Part shown: positions 1-12,736 of the stretch, in pieces | How the letters are laid out: each line of letters opens with the position of its first letter | How positions within the stretch are numbered: position 1 is the stretch's first letter | Assembly: GCA_002269645.1 (NCBI GenBank) | Contig: NIVC01000669.1 | Span: 1 to 64,000, forward strand | Length of the DNA stretch: 64,000 bases | Direction: 5' to 3' | Source of the DNA: Macrostomum lignano | Taxonomy: Eukaryota | Translations under genes and position numbers: made by a program | The notes under the pieces: generated by a model | The model's input: only the letters and a program-made list of their open reading frames with translations | Databases searched by the model: none | Told to the model about the DNA's origin: nothing

Positions 1-1046
1 TCCTTATTACCAGTCCTCAGCTGTAATCAAGGAACAATCACTTCTAGCTCTGTAGCTAGGCAAACCCAGTAAATCAAATGAAGGTATGTATTACCTTGAG
101 TCCTGTCTCTGAGAGCTCTTTCCGTGTTCTGTTATTCTCGGACTTCCTTTGAACCTCGAACTTCGTTAGACGTCTATGTTCGTAACCAGGTCGCGTTCCT
201 TTACGTCCACTGAAGTCGTTTCCGGCCGGTATCTGTAGTGCGGACCAATGGGAAGCTTCCAAATCAACAATGGGTACCCTGCGCCAATCTGCGGTTTAAT
301 ATAAGCCTACTCCTTCTAGCAGTGCCTCCATGCACTCTAGGTATAGCTCCGGAAACCACTGATAGTCTTCTAAGATCTATCAGGGGCAGTCCTTCTGGAG
401 ACTGCAACCAGCAGAGTCTAAACAGACTCAGGAGTCTCAACAGACTCAAATAAACTCAAGTCTCAATAGACTTGAGCGAGACGTCTCAACCAACAGGCGC
501 AAATGAGTAAGGCTTACCGCAAGAACTCGTCCACGACGCGAGTTTCTTCAGGAAGGCTTCGCTAGAGCTTCCTCTTCGGAGCTTCTCTCTCTTGGAGATT
601 TCTTGGCTCCGGGTCCGTTCCGGACCACTTGTATTTATAGGCGTTCAGACCTCTCTCGAGGTCGTACATCACTGTCTTCGCAAATGTCAAAGGGTCACGA
701 TTCGGTGGCTGTCAAGCATGACAGGGTAGAAAGTTGCGCAACTAGTCTACTGTAAAAGCGCATGATTGGTTACCGTAGCTGGTAGACTTTGATTGGTTCA
801 TCCGGGTGCAACCCGAGTGCAAACCAAATGATGACTTGAAGGTGGGGTTTGAATTGACAGTTGTTGGTCGCACGTGATTGGGTGATTTCTAAAATTAGCA
901 TGCTCGAGATTTCTCTCTTTCTATTGGTTAATTCGAATATATGTATGGTTCAGCGCATATCCTTATACATGCTCCTCAAATTACTACTATTTAAGTAGTA
1001 CGTTAACAATTTTAAATAACTTTTCTGGGAGATATAATACTCTACA
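1..1046 (-). repeat. LTR (3' LTR of copy A; left 8 nt missing from the window)
   Basis: Matches 10789-11832 except four single-base indels in the first ~200 nt. Ends ...TACTCTACA (TGTAGAGTA on minus) next to the PPT. Confidence 0.95.
632..639 (-). promoter_or_regulatory. LTR TATA box (TATAAATA) with several upstream CCAAT boxes; same motif in LTR2 and LTR3 (22205-22212)
   Basis: Plus-strand tatttata = minus TATAAATA. Several plus-strand attgg (minus CCAAT) lie at ~765-930 in U3. Confidence 0.65.
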
Positions 1047-1049
1047 AAA

Positions 1050-1061
1050 TCTCCCTTTTTT
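1050..1061 (-). other. Polypurine tract, copy A (AAAAAAGGGAGA); copy B at 11836-11847
   Basis: Purine run 3 nt upstream of the 3' LTR TG on the minus strand. Confidence 0.8.
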
Positions 1062-1257
1062 ACGAAAAAACTCGTCCCGAGTTTGAATAAAAATATAAAT
1101 TTACAGAAACGTCTTGAACTTGATATTGTATATATTTATATTGCCGGTATGTTACATTGTATACATTATCAGTAGTTAGTTTTGTCAGAGTTAATGGAAA
1201 GTTATCGTCTGATAAATGCAGATGACACTTGCCCCTGTGTTGATGCCGCTCGGACGA

Positions 1258-1896
1258 TCAGCCGAACCCGATTTTGAGCACGGCGGATATCTGCTGCGCT
1301 GTTCGCGCAGCCAGACATGCCACCGCCCAGAATGTCGGCTGAAAGCGTGTGAAGCGCGGTTCCTCTGTGCGCTCGAGTATCATCAGGTAGGCGTCAATAC
1401 TCGTGAGTCCTGGGTGCTCGCGAGCCAGGCTCCTGGAAATTCCAAGGACGTGACGCCATGACTCCTGATGCCGGTGCGGCCACGGCCACGACCGGACGGC
1501 GATGGACAATTGCTCGAAGGTCAAGCTGTCCGGCTCCGCCAACGTCAACTCTGGCACTGGTGTTATTGTCGCCAACATCAGCGCCGTCGAATGGTTGACA
1601 GGAGCTAGACATTCGGTGCAGATCTCTATATCTCTTGCACCGTACCTTCGGAGACAGCTTGCACAGACCCAATGTCGGTTGGAACACACCTGAACATGGG
1701 GCTGTTCGCCGCATACCACACAGGTAGCCCGCGCGCGACGGCAGACCGGGCAGGTAGATAGCATGGTAACATTGCCATCCACCTGCTGCGCCATGGCGTC
1801 GCAGGAGACACACACGCGGTGTCCCCACTCACACGTCGGGATCATATAGTCCCGCGTCTCGAGACAGCAGGGGCATACGTCGTTGTTCTCGGCCAT
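1258..1896 (-). CDS. Retroelement accessory ORF3, double RING-HC (C3HC4) protein, 212 aa (copy A)
   Basis: CPCC-x10-CxxxH-x2-CxxC-x16-CPVC followed by CVVC-x8-CxxxH-x2-CxxC-x11-CTEC. Lies inside the element, same strand as pol. Confidence 0.85.
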   Translation of the reverse strand: MAENNDVCPCCLETRDYMIPTCEWGHRVCVSCDAMAQQVDGNVTMLSTCPVCRRARATCVVCGEQPHVQVCSNRHWVCASCLRRYGARDIEICTECLAPVNHSTALMLATITPVPELTLAEPDSLTFEQLSIAVRSWPWPHRHQESWRHVLGISRSLAREHPGLTSIDAYLMILERTEEPRFTRFQPTFWAVACLAARTAQQISAVLKIGFG

Positions 1897-1950
1897 CTGC
1901 GGGTTTTATGTAATCATCGTAATTAAAGCAGTCAGGGTGAAGTATACAGT

Positions 1951-2619
1951 CTACTGTGTATACCGTAAAAGCCATATGAAATAACTACGTGACAAAATTA
2001 GTCTTTTTAGCGCGTGGCAATATATGTGCAATGTCCAGTGAAACGCGTGATGGGCATGCAAAAATTGTCGTAGATGTCGTTCTATATCCAGGGGTAACAT
2101 ATGACGCAATATTCCTTGATTGTTATGTGCGTACAGTAGTAATTCATTGCGTGACCGTCGAGCGAAACGAGGTACTGGCCAAAACTCTAGCAACTGTTCG
2201 ATACGTATTGCGGGTAGTGTTCGAATATTATCAACATGTAAGCATCGATTGGCGTCGGGCTTGATGCGACACCACTTCTTGAAGGTGCTGTCCTTCGGCA
2301 TACTGTTACACATAGGGCATCCTATGATGCCCCTACTAGCGGTTCGTTTCAAGCATTGCATGCAAATAAAATGACTTTGATTACAGTATTGAAAGGTGCG
2401 CCACGAATAACAATAGGCGCACTGCGTCAGACTACTCCTACATAGGGGGCAGCTTTGCCAGTGTTGGATATGATGCGCGTCACACAAGCAAGTGCCGCAT
2501 ATGCGATGATTATTTATACAAATGGTTGGTGGTTTTTTATGCAGGTCATCTTCCAAACAGACAGGGCATTCATAGAGTTGCCGTGGCTGGGTCGCCAGTC
2601 TAGACTGTGCATTGCCCAT
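1951..2619 (-). CDS. Retroelement accessory ORF2, double RING-HC protein with N-myristoylation motif, 222 aa from first ATG (copy A)
   Basis: The track ORF starts at a GTG; the first ATG (2619) gives MGNAQS. CPVC-x12-CxxxH-x2-CxxC-x12-CPLC and CAYC-x8-CxxxH-x2-CxxC-x11-CPMC. Confidence 0.85.
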   Translation of the reverse strand: MGNAQSRLATQPRQLYECPVCLEDDLHKKPPTICINNHRICGTCLCDAHHIQHWQSCPLCRSSLTQCAYCYSWRTFQYCNQSHFICMQCLKRTASRGIIGCPMCNSMPKDSTFKKWCRIKPDANRCLHVDNIRTLPAIRIEQLLEFWPVPRFARRSRNELLLYAHNNQGILRHMLPLDIERHLRQFLHAHHAFHWTLHIYCHALKRLILSRSYFIWLLRYTQ

Positions 2620-2765
2620 AGTCGTTAGCCAAGCGTCAGTTGCGGTTATGTAGTCAATTGTAGAGTTCACTTGTGGAGTCGCTCGGATTAGTCGCCTCTT
2701 ACGACAAGCTTGCGAAGCTGTAGAGCTATTCTGACCCGGTCTCTACACGGGTTTGTTTTCGCAAC

Positions 2766-5700
2766 TTAACGAGGTCGCAGATTATAGCCGTGCGGCTGGC
2801 TCTCGTTCGTTGTTTGAGTCTCCTCGTGCTTCGTTGCGATGTGGCGGTTTGTCGAACGCGTGCGGTCGGCATTGTCAAGTGACGGTAGAAATGTCGCCGT
2901 GTCAGTGTTGATCCTTTTCAATCGATGAATGTGCACGTAGAATTGGTGCTGATGAGGATCTTGCACATTGGCCAGGCGTGCCGTTGTCGGTAACGTTAGT
3001 TGGACCACTCGATATGGTCCTTTGTACTTCTGTGCGTGTTTGTGCGTCTGTTGTGGCGGATAGTGCAGGTAGACGATGTCGCCGGCTGTCAGAGTTGTCG
3101 ATCTCGTGTCGGTGCCGGTGGTCAGAGCCACCTGATTGTCGATGTTGTGCTTGGCTACTTTCCATGCGAGGTGTAGTTGCGTGACGAACTTTTGAATGGA
3201 CGTCGGGACTTCCACATATTGCGATGGTAGTAGTTGCTGTGCCAATAGGTTTGGCGGCTGGAAGTCTCGCCCAAACATTAGAAAGAATGGCGTATTATCC
3301 GTTGATCGATGAATAGCGCTGTTGTAGGCCATTGTTACTGCTTGCAGATAGATGATCCAGTCGTCCGGTTGTTGATGCGCGAAGTGTGTAATCATCTCGT
3401 GTAGGTTGCGGTGAAACCTTTCAACCATGTTCGCCTTCGGATTGTAGGTCGATGTGTAGATCTGCGTGATGTTGAGGATCTTCACCACTTGCTGAAAGAG
3501 TTGAGACGTAAACTGCGATCCATTGTCCGATGTGAGGTTCTTTGGCGTACCGTACTTGCAGATGATGTCGTTGAAGAAACCCATTGCCACTGTCTGAGCT
3601 GTGATGTCCGGTATTGGTATGGCAATAGCAAACTTTGAGAAAATGTCCAAGGCTGTTAGGATGTAGGTGTAGGCTATGCCATGGAGACAGCTCGGTGGCA
3701 GCGGTCCGGTGATGTCGATGCTGAGACAGTCCATAGTCGTTGACTTCGGTATCGATTGTAGCTGTGGTTTTTGTCGTCGTCCTGTCTTTGATGCTGCGCA
3801 TGAGTGGCAGTTATTGCAATACTGCTTGATGTCGCCATGCATGCTTGGCCAAAAGTAGTATTGCTCCACTCTTGCAATGGTTTTGGCTGCCGACAGGTGT
3901 CCAGCGAGTGGGTTGTCGTGCAGCTCGTTGAGAATGGCCTGCCTAAACGAATATGGCATGTAGATTTTAGGTTTGTTGTCACTCATCCAGTAGAGTCGTG
4001 TCTTGTTGATTGTTAAATGTTGTCGCTGCTTGCGCAGGAATTTTCGTTCCACGGGGCTGAGCTTGATGTCCTTGTCGTTGTTTTTAACTGCTATGTAGAA
4101 GTTGTCGTGTTCAGTCTCATCCACCAATTCCTTGATGTTAGGGATTGGATGAATGGCGTTGACTTCGTAGGTTCTTGACAGAGCGTCCGCCGCCTTGTTA
4201 GTAATTCCTGGTTTGTAGACGAGCTTGTAGTTGTAGTCCTGGATCTTGAGTGTCATCCTGATGAGTCGGTTGTTTGTTTGTCCTTTTGTAGTTACGACGT
4301 AGGTCAGCGGTGCGTGATCTGTGCGTACTATCGTCGTATTGGAGAACCATAGATGTAGTAATGGAACTGTCGTAGGGCGAACAAGACTCCTAGTAGTTCT
4401 CGTTCCGTAGCGGACCATTTTGTCTCATTCGGTTTAAGTGCTCGACTGACGTAGGCTATAGGTCGTTCCTTTTTGTCTTCAGTTTCCTGTAGTAGGACTG
4501 CTCCGAGTCCCGTTCCTGAGGCGTCTGTCTCGATGATGAAGGGTTTGTCGAAGTCCGGATGCTGTAGCAGTGCGTCTGATGTCAGCTGTCGTTTGATTTC
4601 GTCAAAACTTTCTTGTTGCTTTTGTGTCCAATTATCCTGCTTCCATTTGTCGAACTTGAGCAGGTCGTACAGCGGCTTTGCTGTCTTCGCGAAGTTGGGT
4701 AAGAACTTTCGGAAGTATTGCGCTAGTCCAAGAAATGATTGGACCTTCGTTATGCTAGTTGGTGTAGGAAACTTCTTTACTTTCTCCACATTGTCTGGGT
4801 CCGGTGAGATTCCTTTGGCTGTCACTTGGTGTCCTAGGTAACGTACGTTGTCTCGGAAGAATTTGCATTTCGTCGGTTGTAGCTTAAGACCTTGGCGTTG
4901 AATGAGCGCTAGGGCCTTCTCCGTAGCTTCATAGAGTCGTTGGAAGTCTTCTCCGTAGGCCAAGATGTCGTCGACATAGTGCAGCAGGTTTGTGCATCCT
5001 GCAAGCATGTATGCCGTTAGTCGGCTCATTGTTGCTGGGCTGTTGCTGAGTCCCATTGGCGACCGGTTGTACTCGTAGACTTGTCCATTGTAGGTTTTGA
5101 AAGCCGTGTACTGTCGTGATTCTTTCTCGATTTCAATTTGCCAAAATCCATGACGTAGGTCGAACACCGTGAACAATTTTGCTGTGTTGAGCTTTGCTAG
5201 TAGCTCGGAGATCTTTGGTAGGCTTTGCTGATCCGTCGGTATGTACTTGTTCAGCAGTCTGAAGTCGCATACAAGTCGTCTTTCGTTAGTCTCCTTCTTT
5301 TGTACCAGTAGGCACGGTGAGGAATAGGCTGAAATTGCTTTGCTGATGATGCCGTGCTTTAGCATTTTATCGATAATTTCATCAAAGTGTTGTTGCAGAT
5401 GTTTGGCAATCGGGTACGGCTTGCATTGAATTGGTTCCGTGTGCGGTAGAAGCTTGATTTCTTGTTTAATGTCTTTAGCGCGTCCGATGTCGTAATCATG
5501 ATGGCAGAAGGCTTCGTTGTACTTCCACAACAGTTGTCGAACTTTCTTCTTTTGCTGTTCCGTGATCGGGCTGTCGTCCAAGTTGATTTTCTTTTGAAAT
5601 TCTTCTTCTGTTAGTCGTGGAGTCGTGTGCTCAATCAGCATAACTGATGCTTGAGTGTTGAGATGACCGATGCACATTCCTTGTCGTAGATGAACCATTT

Positions 5701-8700
5701 CCGCGTTCGGGTTGAAGATTTGTACTGGCAGCTGCTTATCTTTTGCCACCAGCACTAGTGCCGTAGGCATCATAATTTGGTGTTTAGCCGTGACTCTTCT
5801 GTTTGGGTCGAATATCATTGCTTCCTCCGTTGCGTTAGTTGCCTTTGCCTTTATCCAGCAGGCGCTCTCCGGTTGGATGATGACATCTTGTTGCAATGTT
5901 ACTTTTGGTAGTACTCGGATCTGGTTGATCAATGGTTGTTCTACCGAGTCGATCTTGAACGTTTGCTTATTGAAGTCGAAGGTCAATGGTAGTCGAAGCT
6001 GCTTGAACGTGTCGATGCCAACAATAACGTCCTGGTTTGGGAGTCTGTCGATGACGTACGTTGGAACTGTCAAATGTTTATTAGCGATTCTTAAATCAAT
6101 GTCGGCTTTTCCCAGAATGTTTAGCGAATGTCCTCCTGCTCCTGCAACTGCGATTGTTGCTGGCCGTAGAGCAAGTCGTAGCTTGTTGCACAGTTGTTTT
6201 GATATAACTGTAATGGAGCTGCCGGAGTCCAGTAACGCTCGACATGGTAGATTGTTGATTATAACTTGAGCCATTGCTTTGCCAATTTCGGCGTGTAGAG
6301 TACATACGTAGTTTTCTGGCCATTTTGGGTCTTGCTGTTCTGCTTGATAGTTAGGTGGTTGTATTCTTGGTGCCGTTGGTGTTGTCGGAATCGATGGATA
6401 TAGCCGCGTTGCTAGTGTCGGTTGCCCTTGAACCTCACGATGTGCAGTTTCTGTTAGTTCTAAACTGTTGTCGCCTTCCGTTGTCGTTCTTTGCATTATG
6501 GCATTCACTGTCTTCTTAGCTCTTGGACAAGTTTGACTGAAGCACCGTACGATTGACGAAATGATGAAGATTGCCGTGGCAATCCACACAATGCAAGCAC
6601 CGTAGAAGATGAATCCTTGATAGAGACTGCCTCTTCCATTGAGCAGCTCCCAGAAGCTGTTTGTCCAAAATGATTTGATGGCGCTGTCCATTGAAACAAG
6701 GACGGGAAATCTTCCTGTCCCGGTTCCTTTGTCCTTTCTTGTGAACAGCTGGTGAATCATCTTGCGTTGGGTGATGAACGCTTGCAAGAAGTCGTTGATC
6801 GTCCATCCTGGTGTTATTTCGTCAAGTTGGGTATCGGCGAATGGCCTATACTTTGTTCTGTTGAATCGGATTTTCAAATCCTCCATGTCGTAGTTTTCGT
6901 CGACGATTACTTCCGGTTCTGTGATGTTTGCTGTCGTTCCAGTTGTTTTGATGACGTGTAGTGCATTGTCCAGTTGATAGTAGTTCGCTGCCGTGGTGCA
7001 AGGTCTCGGTATTGCGGTGCCAACGATGATGTTGTGTACCGTGTCCAAGAATCCTTGAATTCGTTTTCCTTCGTAGAACGCTTCAATCCTTGGCTTGTCG
7101 TAGCAGGTTGTTGACGTGTTTGACGGCAAGATGTTGAAGTGCTGTATCGGCGTGCACTTGTATATCAACAGATGCTCGTATATTGGAACTGCCAAAACGT
7201 TCGTCATTCCGGTGATTTTACGAAAAGTCATCGTAGGGTTGACATAGTAGTTTTGTCTGGCATAATTTAAGTTGATTGCGTGCATTTTGCAAGTTAGCTG
7301 GACCAGTGTTCGATGCAAGTGGTTTAACTGGTTGTGTAGATTGTGATCCAAAGCCGTTATCTTTGCTGACAGTAGTCGGTTTGACACTAGTTTGGGACGT
7401 TCGATGTCTCGTCGTCGTCTGTTCTGTTGTTCCTGCTGTTGATACGTTCCGTTGATGATCGCCAGAAAGGTTTGTTTGTCGTCTTCTTTTACGTAGACTG
7501 GTATCTCTTGTTCCGAGATGAATAGTGTCTTGTCTGTATCCTTGCATTTCAGTTTTTGCTCGACTGGTTTCTTTTGAAACGTCAGTGCCAAGTCTCCTGA
7601 CTTTGCCAAAAACGTATTTGACAGTAGACCTCCTTCAACTGTGTGATACTTTTGAAGCTTGCAGTCAATTTCCGGCTCAACTTCCCACGCGAAGAAGTAT
7701 TGTCGTGACTTAGATGGTTCTTCATATCGTGAGTCGCCTCTGCGTATAATTTGCCATCGATAGTCTTGATGATATGTTGGACTCAACGGTAAGCTGTATA
7801 GTTCCTCATTCCGCAGTATCGGCGTTGGACACCATCCTTTGCTGTATCGGCAGTCGCTTAATTGCAGTTGTAGCGACTCCATTTTTTCAAAAGGATTGTG
7901 ATAGAATGGAATATTCCTGATTAGGTAACTGTTTCGTGTCATGTAGTTAGTCCATGCTTCCGAAAAGTGTACATATCGTCCGTTTGCTGAGTTCTTCGTT
8001 CGGTAAAGTTGTGCCTCCCCCACTTTCTCATCCGGTTCTAGCTGACCATCCTTTGAGAACAGTGTTTGGTTCCATTGTAGACATTCAGCGTGCGACACAT
8101 GTAGTTCGTGTTGCCAAAATCGAATTCTGTTCCACTGTCCTCGCCAAACTTTTTCCACTAGGTGCTTGTCTCTGAAGCACACTATTCCGTGTTGTCGATG
8201 CTTTTTGATGTTAGCCTTGTAGAGGTCGAGTGTAATCTTCTTTGGCTTCGTTTGGTTTGTCTTGAAGTAGCTGCATTTGATGTCGGTTGGTATCTTGTAG
8301 ATCATCGGTTGGATATGCGCATCCGTTGGACATATCATTGGTTTCTCCATTGCTGTTGCTTTGGTGACTACTGCCGTCAGTAGTATTATGATGATCCAGA
8401 ATATCCAGAATCGCCATTTTCTGAACGTTGCCGTTGTCTTTGCTGGCATTGGCTGCGGCTGCCATTCGTTATCTTCTGCGTCCGCATCGTATTCTTCCTC
8501 TTGTTCCATTGGCGTTTCCGAGCGCAAGGCATCCGATTCGTTCCGCTGCTTGTCGTCTTCATCATTTTCTTCCTTGCTTTCTTCCGATGTTGTAGTTGTG
8601 TCACTCCATTGTCTGCGGTACCTCACTTCGGCCTTGTAGTCGACCGTTTGAATGTAGGCTTCACCATTTCGTTTATATCGGATCTCGTAGCATTGATCGC

Positions 8701-10084
8701 TGTCGGAGCTTAGATTTCTTTCTTCCATTCCTTTGTGCCTTCCGTCTTCATGTGCTTTGTCGACGGCTTGGTTGTCATCAGCGTCATTGTGCATCTCATA
8801 ATCGTGATCGCTGCTTTCTTCTCGCTGTTCTTCTTCCATTTCTGCATTTCCGTCGTTGCTTATTTCGTTGTCATCCTTCGTTGCCAGTTCCTTGTCGTTG
8901 CCTTTGTTTGTTTCTTCTTTTCTTTCATTGATGTCGCTTGGCAATGTTTTTTCTGTGCTCACTTCTGCCTTTTCTTCTTCGCTGTCAATGTTAGTTTCTT
9001 TCATTTCGACCATGCTGATGTTTTTTGTCTTTTCGCTGCTCTCCGCATCGAGCCAGTCGATTTCATTGATAGTGAAGTCCATTTCTAAGTCGTCTATCGT
9101 GAAGACTTGCTGCTCTTGCTGTTCGCTTTCCGGTGTGTACGTGATGGCGTTTGCATATCGTTGCATCGCTTGCGTTGGTTGCTTGGGCATGTATCTGGCG
9201 TTTCGCGGTCTGTAGCCATTGTTTCCTAAGCGTTTCGTGTTTTGCTGCTGCCAATTTTGATGCTGTTGCCATGGTTTTTGCTGCTTCCGTCTGTTGAATG
9301 GCTGTCGCGGCATATCATTTCTTGTTGACCGATGAGGACAATGTATTTGGTAGTGTCCTTCTCGTCCACAGTAATAGCATCTGGCTTGGGCTCGTTCATT
9401 TCGTCTTTTTTGTTCGGCGATAACGGCTGTTTGATGTTGCATCAGCTTGTTTAGTTGCTGTGTCAGTTTCTGCACTTCTGTGTTGCCGGTTGTCATTAGT
9501 GGAGCGCTTGCTTCCCACTGCATTCCGCACCGTAAAAGGTCTTCCTCGGTTTCAATGTTTTCGCGCAAAAGTCTATCCCGCAGTGACGGCTGTGCATTGT
9601 TTATTACGTGCAGGATGAGGTTTTGTTCACGGTCCATCAATCGTTGTCGCTCTCTTGCGGCTAACTCCGCTGCGCCTGGAGGTGGCTGATCCGCCGCTGG
9701 CAGCGTTGGCTGATGCAGTGCCTTAATTATTTGACGTATATCGTCCACGAAGGTCAGGAAGGATTCTGTTGGCTGCATCCGTCTGTTATGCAACTTGTGC
9801 AGTAGCACTGACCTGTTTGTGCCACAGCGGTTGAAGTGTGCGCGCAGTTGAATGATTAATGCTGGGTAGTTTTGCTGTGTTGCCGCGTCTAGTTTACCAT
9901 AAATCTCTCGTGCGGTGCCTTGGAGGAGTGGTGGCAACAGTTGCGCTTTTTCTGGATTTTGTAGGTTGTATTCCCTACATACCAGGTCAAAATGATCAAC
10001 AAAGGTGTTAAAGTCTTTTTCCATAGAAAAGGTGCCAACTGTCTCTTTGATATCTCTGTGCACCGTTGGATTGCGCCGCGCCAT
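2766..10084 (-). pseudogene. Gag-Env-Pol polyprotein, copy A, split by a 1-nt deletion at ~4336 in RNase H (real lesion or consensus error)
   Basis: 1918-aa ORF (4328-10084) plus 550-aa ORF (2766-4418) equal the 2439-aa ORF of copy B. Plus strand tcgtcgtattgg here versus tcgtcggtattgg in copy B. Confidence 0.9.
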
Positions 10085-10767
10085 GTTGTTGATGGGATAG
10101 AACGGTAGCTCTAGGTCTGGGTCGATTTGTAATGGATCTTCCAGTGTGGTGTTTCTTTCGAAATAAACTTCGGTTGTAACTGATTGTCTCGCGGCGCTTT
10201 TGACACCTCAATTTGTTATGTCTGACCTTGAGCGGAATTCGGCTTTTGGCTGCTTTTTCTGACCTCTTATTCGCTGGCTGATTTTCGCACTTATGCGGCG
10301 TCCCGCAAAGTGTATCTTTAAAGTGCTTGAAGTGCAGCTGCTTCTTGCTTTTTTCAAAGGCCTTTCTTGTCTTCGTGACGTGCCTTGTCACGTTTTATCA
10401 AATTTCGGTTTGTTTTAGCTTTCGTCAAGTGTTTTTAATTTCGGTTTTGTTTTAGTGTGTATTGATTATTTTTCGGTTTGTTTTCAGTGTACCGGACGTT
10501 GTTTTCGGTTTTGTTTAAGGTTTACTCTTGCTCGAGCTCGTTAAAAACAAAAATTTAACACGCGTGCTCAAACGTTACTCAAAATTGACAGGTACTCAAG
10601 CCTGTATATCGAAACTTTTACTCGCGTTTCAAATCGTAAAAAAATCGAAAAGTGTCGAAAAATTTTACCTCTAACACGTGCGCGCAAAATTAATGAAGTC
10701 GCTCTTTCGTCACGTTACAATAGCTTGATCAGGGCTATTGCTCAAAGTTTGAGTAGTGCCGAGAGGG

Positions 10768-10778
10768 CGAGATCACCA
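10768..10778 (-). other. Primer-binding site, copy A (TGGTGATCTCG; tentatively tRNA-Trp); copy B at 21555-21565
   Basis: TGG start 2 nt after the LTR end CA. Pairs with the metazoan tRNA-Trp 3' end (CGGGGUCACCA) over 11 nt with two G:U wobbles. tRNA identity is uncertain. Confidence 0.65.
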
Positions 10779-10780
10779 AT

Positions 10781-11832
10781 TGATGTGTTCCTTATTACCA
10801 GTCCTCAGCTGTAATCAAGGAACAATCACTTCTAGCTCTGTAGCTAGGCAACCCAGTAATCAAATGAAGGTATGTATTACCTTGAGTCCTGTCTCTGAGA
10901 GCTCTTCCGTGTTCTGTTATTCTCGGACTTCCTTTGAACCTCGAACTTCGTTAGACGTCTATGTTCGTAACCAGGTCCGCGTTCCTTTACGTCCACTGAA
11001 GTCGTTTCCGGCCGGTATCTGTAGTGCGGACCAATGGGAAGCTTCCAAATCAACAATGGGTACCCTGCGCCAATCTGCGGTTTAATATAAGCCTACTCCT
11101 TCTAGCAGTGCCTCCATGCACTCTAGGTATAGCTCCGGAAACCACTGATAGTCTTCTAAGATCTATCAGGGGCAGTCCTTCTGGAGACTGCAACCAGCAG
11201 AGTCTAAACAGACTCAGGAGTCTCAACAGACTCAAATAAACTCAAGTCTCAATAGACTTGAGCGAGACGTCTCAACCAACAGGCGCAAATGAGTAAGGCT
11301 TACCGCAAGAACTCGTCCACGACGCGAGTTTCTTCAGGAAGGCTTCGCTAGAGCTTCCTCTTCGGAGCTTCTCTCTCTTGGAGATTTCTTGGCTCCGGGT
11401 CCGTTCCGGACCACTTGTATTTATAGGCGTTCAGACCTCTCTCGAGGTCGTACATCACTGTCTTCGCAAATGTCAAAGGGTCACGATTCGGTGGCTGTCA
11501 AGCATGACAGGGTAGAAAGTTGCGCAACTAGTCTACTGTAAAAGCGCATGATTGGTTACCGTAGCTGGTAGACTTTGATTGGTTCATCCGGGTGCAACCC
11601 GAGTGCAAACCAAATGATGACTTGAAGGTGGGGTTTGAATTGACAGTTGTTGGTCGCACGTGATTGGGTGATTTCTAAAATTAGCATGCTCGAGATTTCT
11701 CTCTTTCTATTGGTTAATTCGAATATATGTATGGTTCAGCGCATATCCTTATACATGCTCCTCAAATTACTACTATTTAAGTAGTACGTTAACAATTTTA
11801 AATAACTTTTCTGGGAGATATAATACTCTACA
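10781..11832 (-). repeat. Shared middle LTR (5' LTR of copy A = 3' LTR of copy B), 1052 bp
   Basis: Flanked by the PBS on the left and the PPT on the right. TG...CA termini (left edge could be 10784). No differences from 21568-22619 seen by eye. Confidence 0.95.
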
Positions 11833-12043
11833 AAATCTCCCTTTTTTACGAAAAAACTCGTCCCGAGTTTGAATAAAAATATAAATTTACAGAAACGTCT
11901 TGAACTTGATATTGTATATATTTATATTGCCGGTATGTTACATTGTATACATTATCAGTAGTTAGTTTTGTCAGAGTTAATGGAAAGTTATCGTCTGATA
12001 AATGCAGATGACACTTGCCCCTGTGTTGATGCCGCTCGGACGA

Positions 12044-12682
12044 TCAGCCGAACCCGATTTTGAGCACGGCGGATATCTGCTGCGCTGTTCGCGCAGCCAG
12101 ACATGCCACCGCCCAGAATGTCGGCTGAAAGCGTGTGAAGCGCGGTTCCTCTGTGCGCTCGAGTATCATCAGGTAGGCGTCAATACTCGTGAGTCCTGGG
12201 TGCTCGCGAGCCAGGCTCCTGGAAATTCCAAGGACGTGACGCCATGACTCCTGATGCCGGTGCGGCCACGGCCACGACCGGACGGCGATGGACAATTGCT
12301 CGAAGGTCAAGCTGTCCGGCTCCGCCAACGTCAACTCTGGCACTGGTGTTATTGTCGCCAACATCAGCGCCGTCGAATGGTTGACAGGAGCTAGACATTC
12401 GGTGCAGATCTCTATATCTCTTGCACCGTACCTTCGGAGACAGCTTGCACAGACCCAATGTCGGTTGGAACACACCTGAACATGGGGCTGTTCGCCGCAT
12501 ACCACACAGGTAGCCCGCGCGCGACGGCAGACCGGGCAGGTAGATAGCATGGTAACATTGCCATCCACCTGCTGCGCCATGGCGTCGCAGGAGACACACA
12601 CGCGGTGTCCCCACTCACACGTCGGGATCATATAGTCCCGCGTCTCGAGACAGCAGGGGCATACGTCGTTGTTCTCGGCCAT
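12044..12682 (-). CDS. Retroelement accessory ORF3, double RING-HC protein (copy B)
   Basis: Translation identical to 1258-1896. Confidence 0.85.
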   Translation of the reverse strand: MAENNDVCPCCLETRDYMIPTCEWGHRVCVSCDAMAQQVDGNVTMLSTCPVCRRARATCVVCGEQPHVQVCSNRHWVCASCLRRYGARDIEICTECLAPVNHSTALMLATITPVPELTLAEPDSLTFEQLSIAVRSWPWPHRHQESWRHVLGISRSLAREHPGLTSIDAYLMILERTEEPRFTRFQPTFWAVACLAARTAQQISAVLKIGFG

Positions 12683-12736
12683 CTGCGGGTTTTATGTAAT
12701 CATCGTAATTAAAGCAGTCAGGGTGAAGTATACAGT

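Noticed and set aside
1-200. Four indels distinguishing LTR1 from LTR2/3 as evidence of age
   Set aside because: All are single-base changes in short homopolymer runs at the very start of the sequence, typical of low-coverage consensus error.
74-453. 60-70 aa ORFs inside the LTRs (also 10756-11239 and 21543-22026)
   Set aside because: Short, no motifs, overlapping on both strands; they recur only because the LTR is repeated.
2700-2755. Small hairpins between the pol stop and ORF2 as a possible IRES or re-initiation signal
   Set aside because: Stems are only 4-5 bp and cannot be distinguished from chance by eye.
4473-9689. Plus-strand ORFs antisense to the polyprotein (for example 5712-6269, 8735-9088) and their copy B twins
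   Set aside because: Shadows of the long minus-strand ORF; the hydrophobic look comes from antisense of E/K-rich codons.
10008-10391. 127-aa basic ORF in the leader overlapping the gag start
   Set aside because: GTG start, no recognisable domain; Lys/Arg richness is explained by the A-rich leader.
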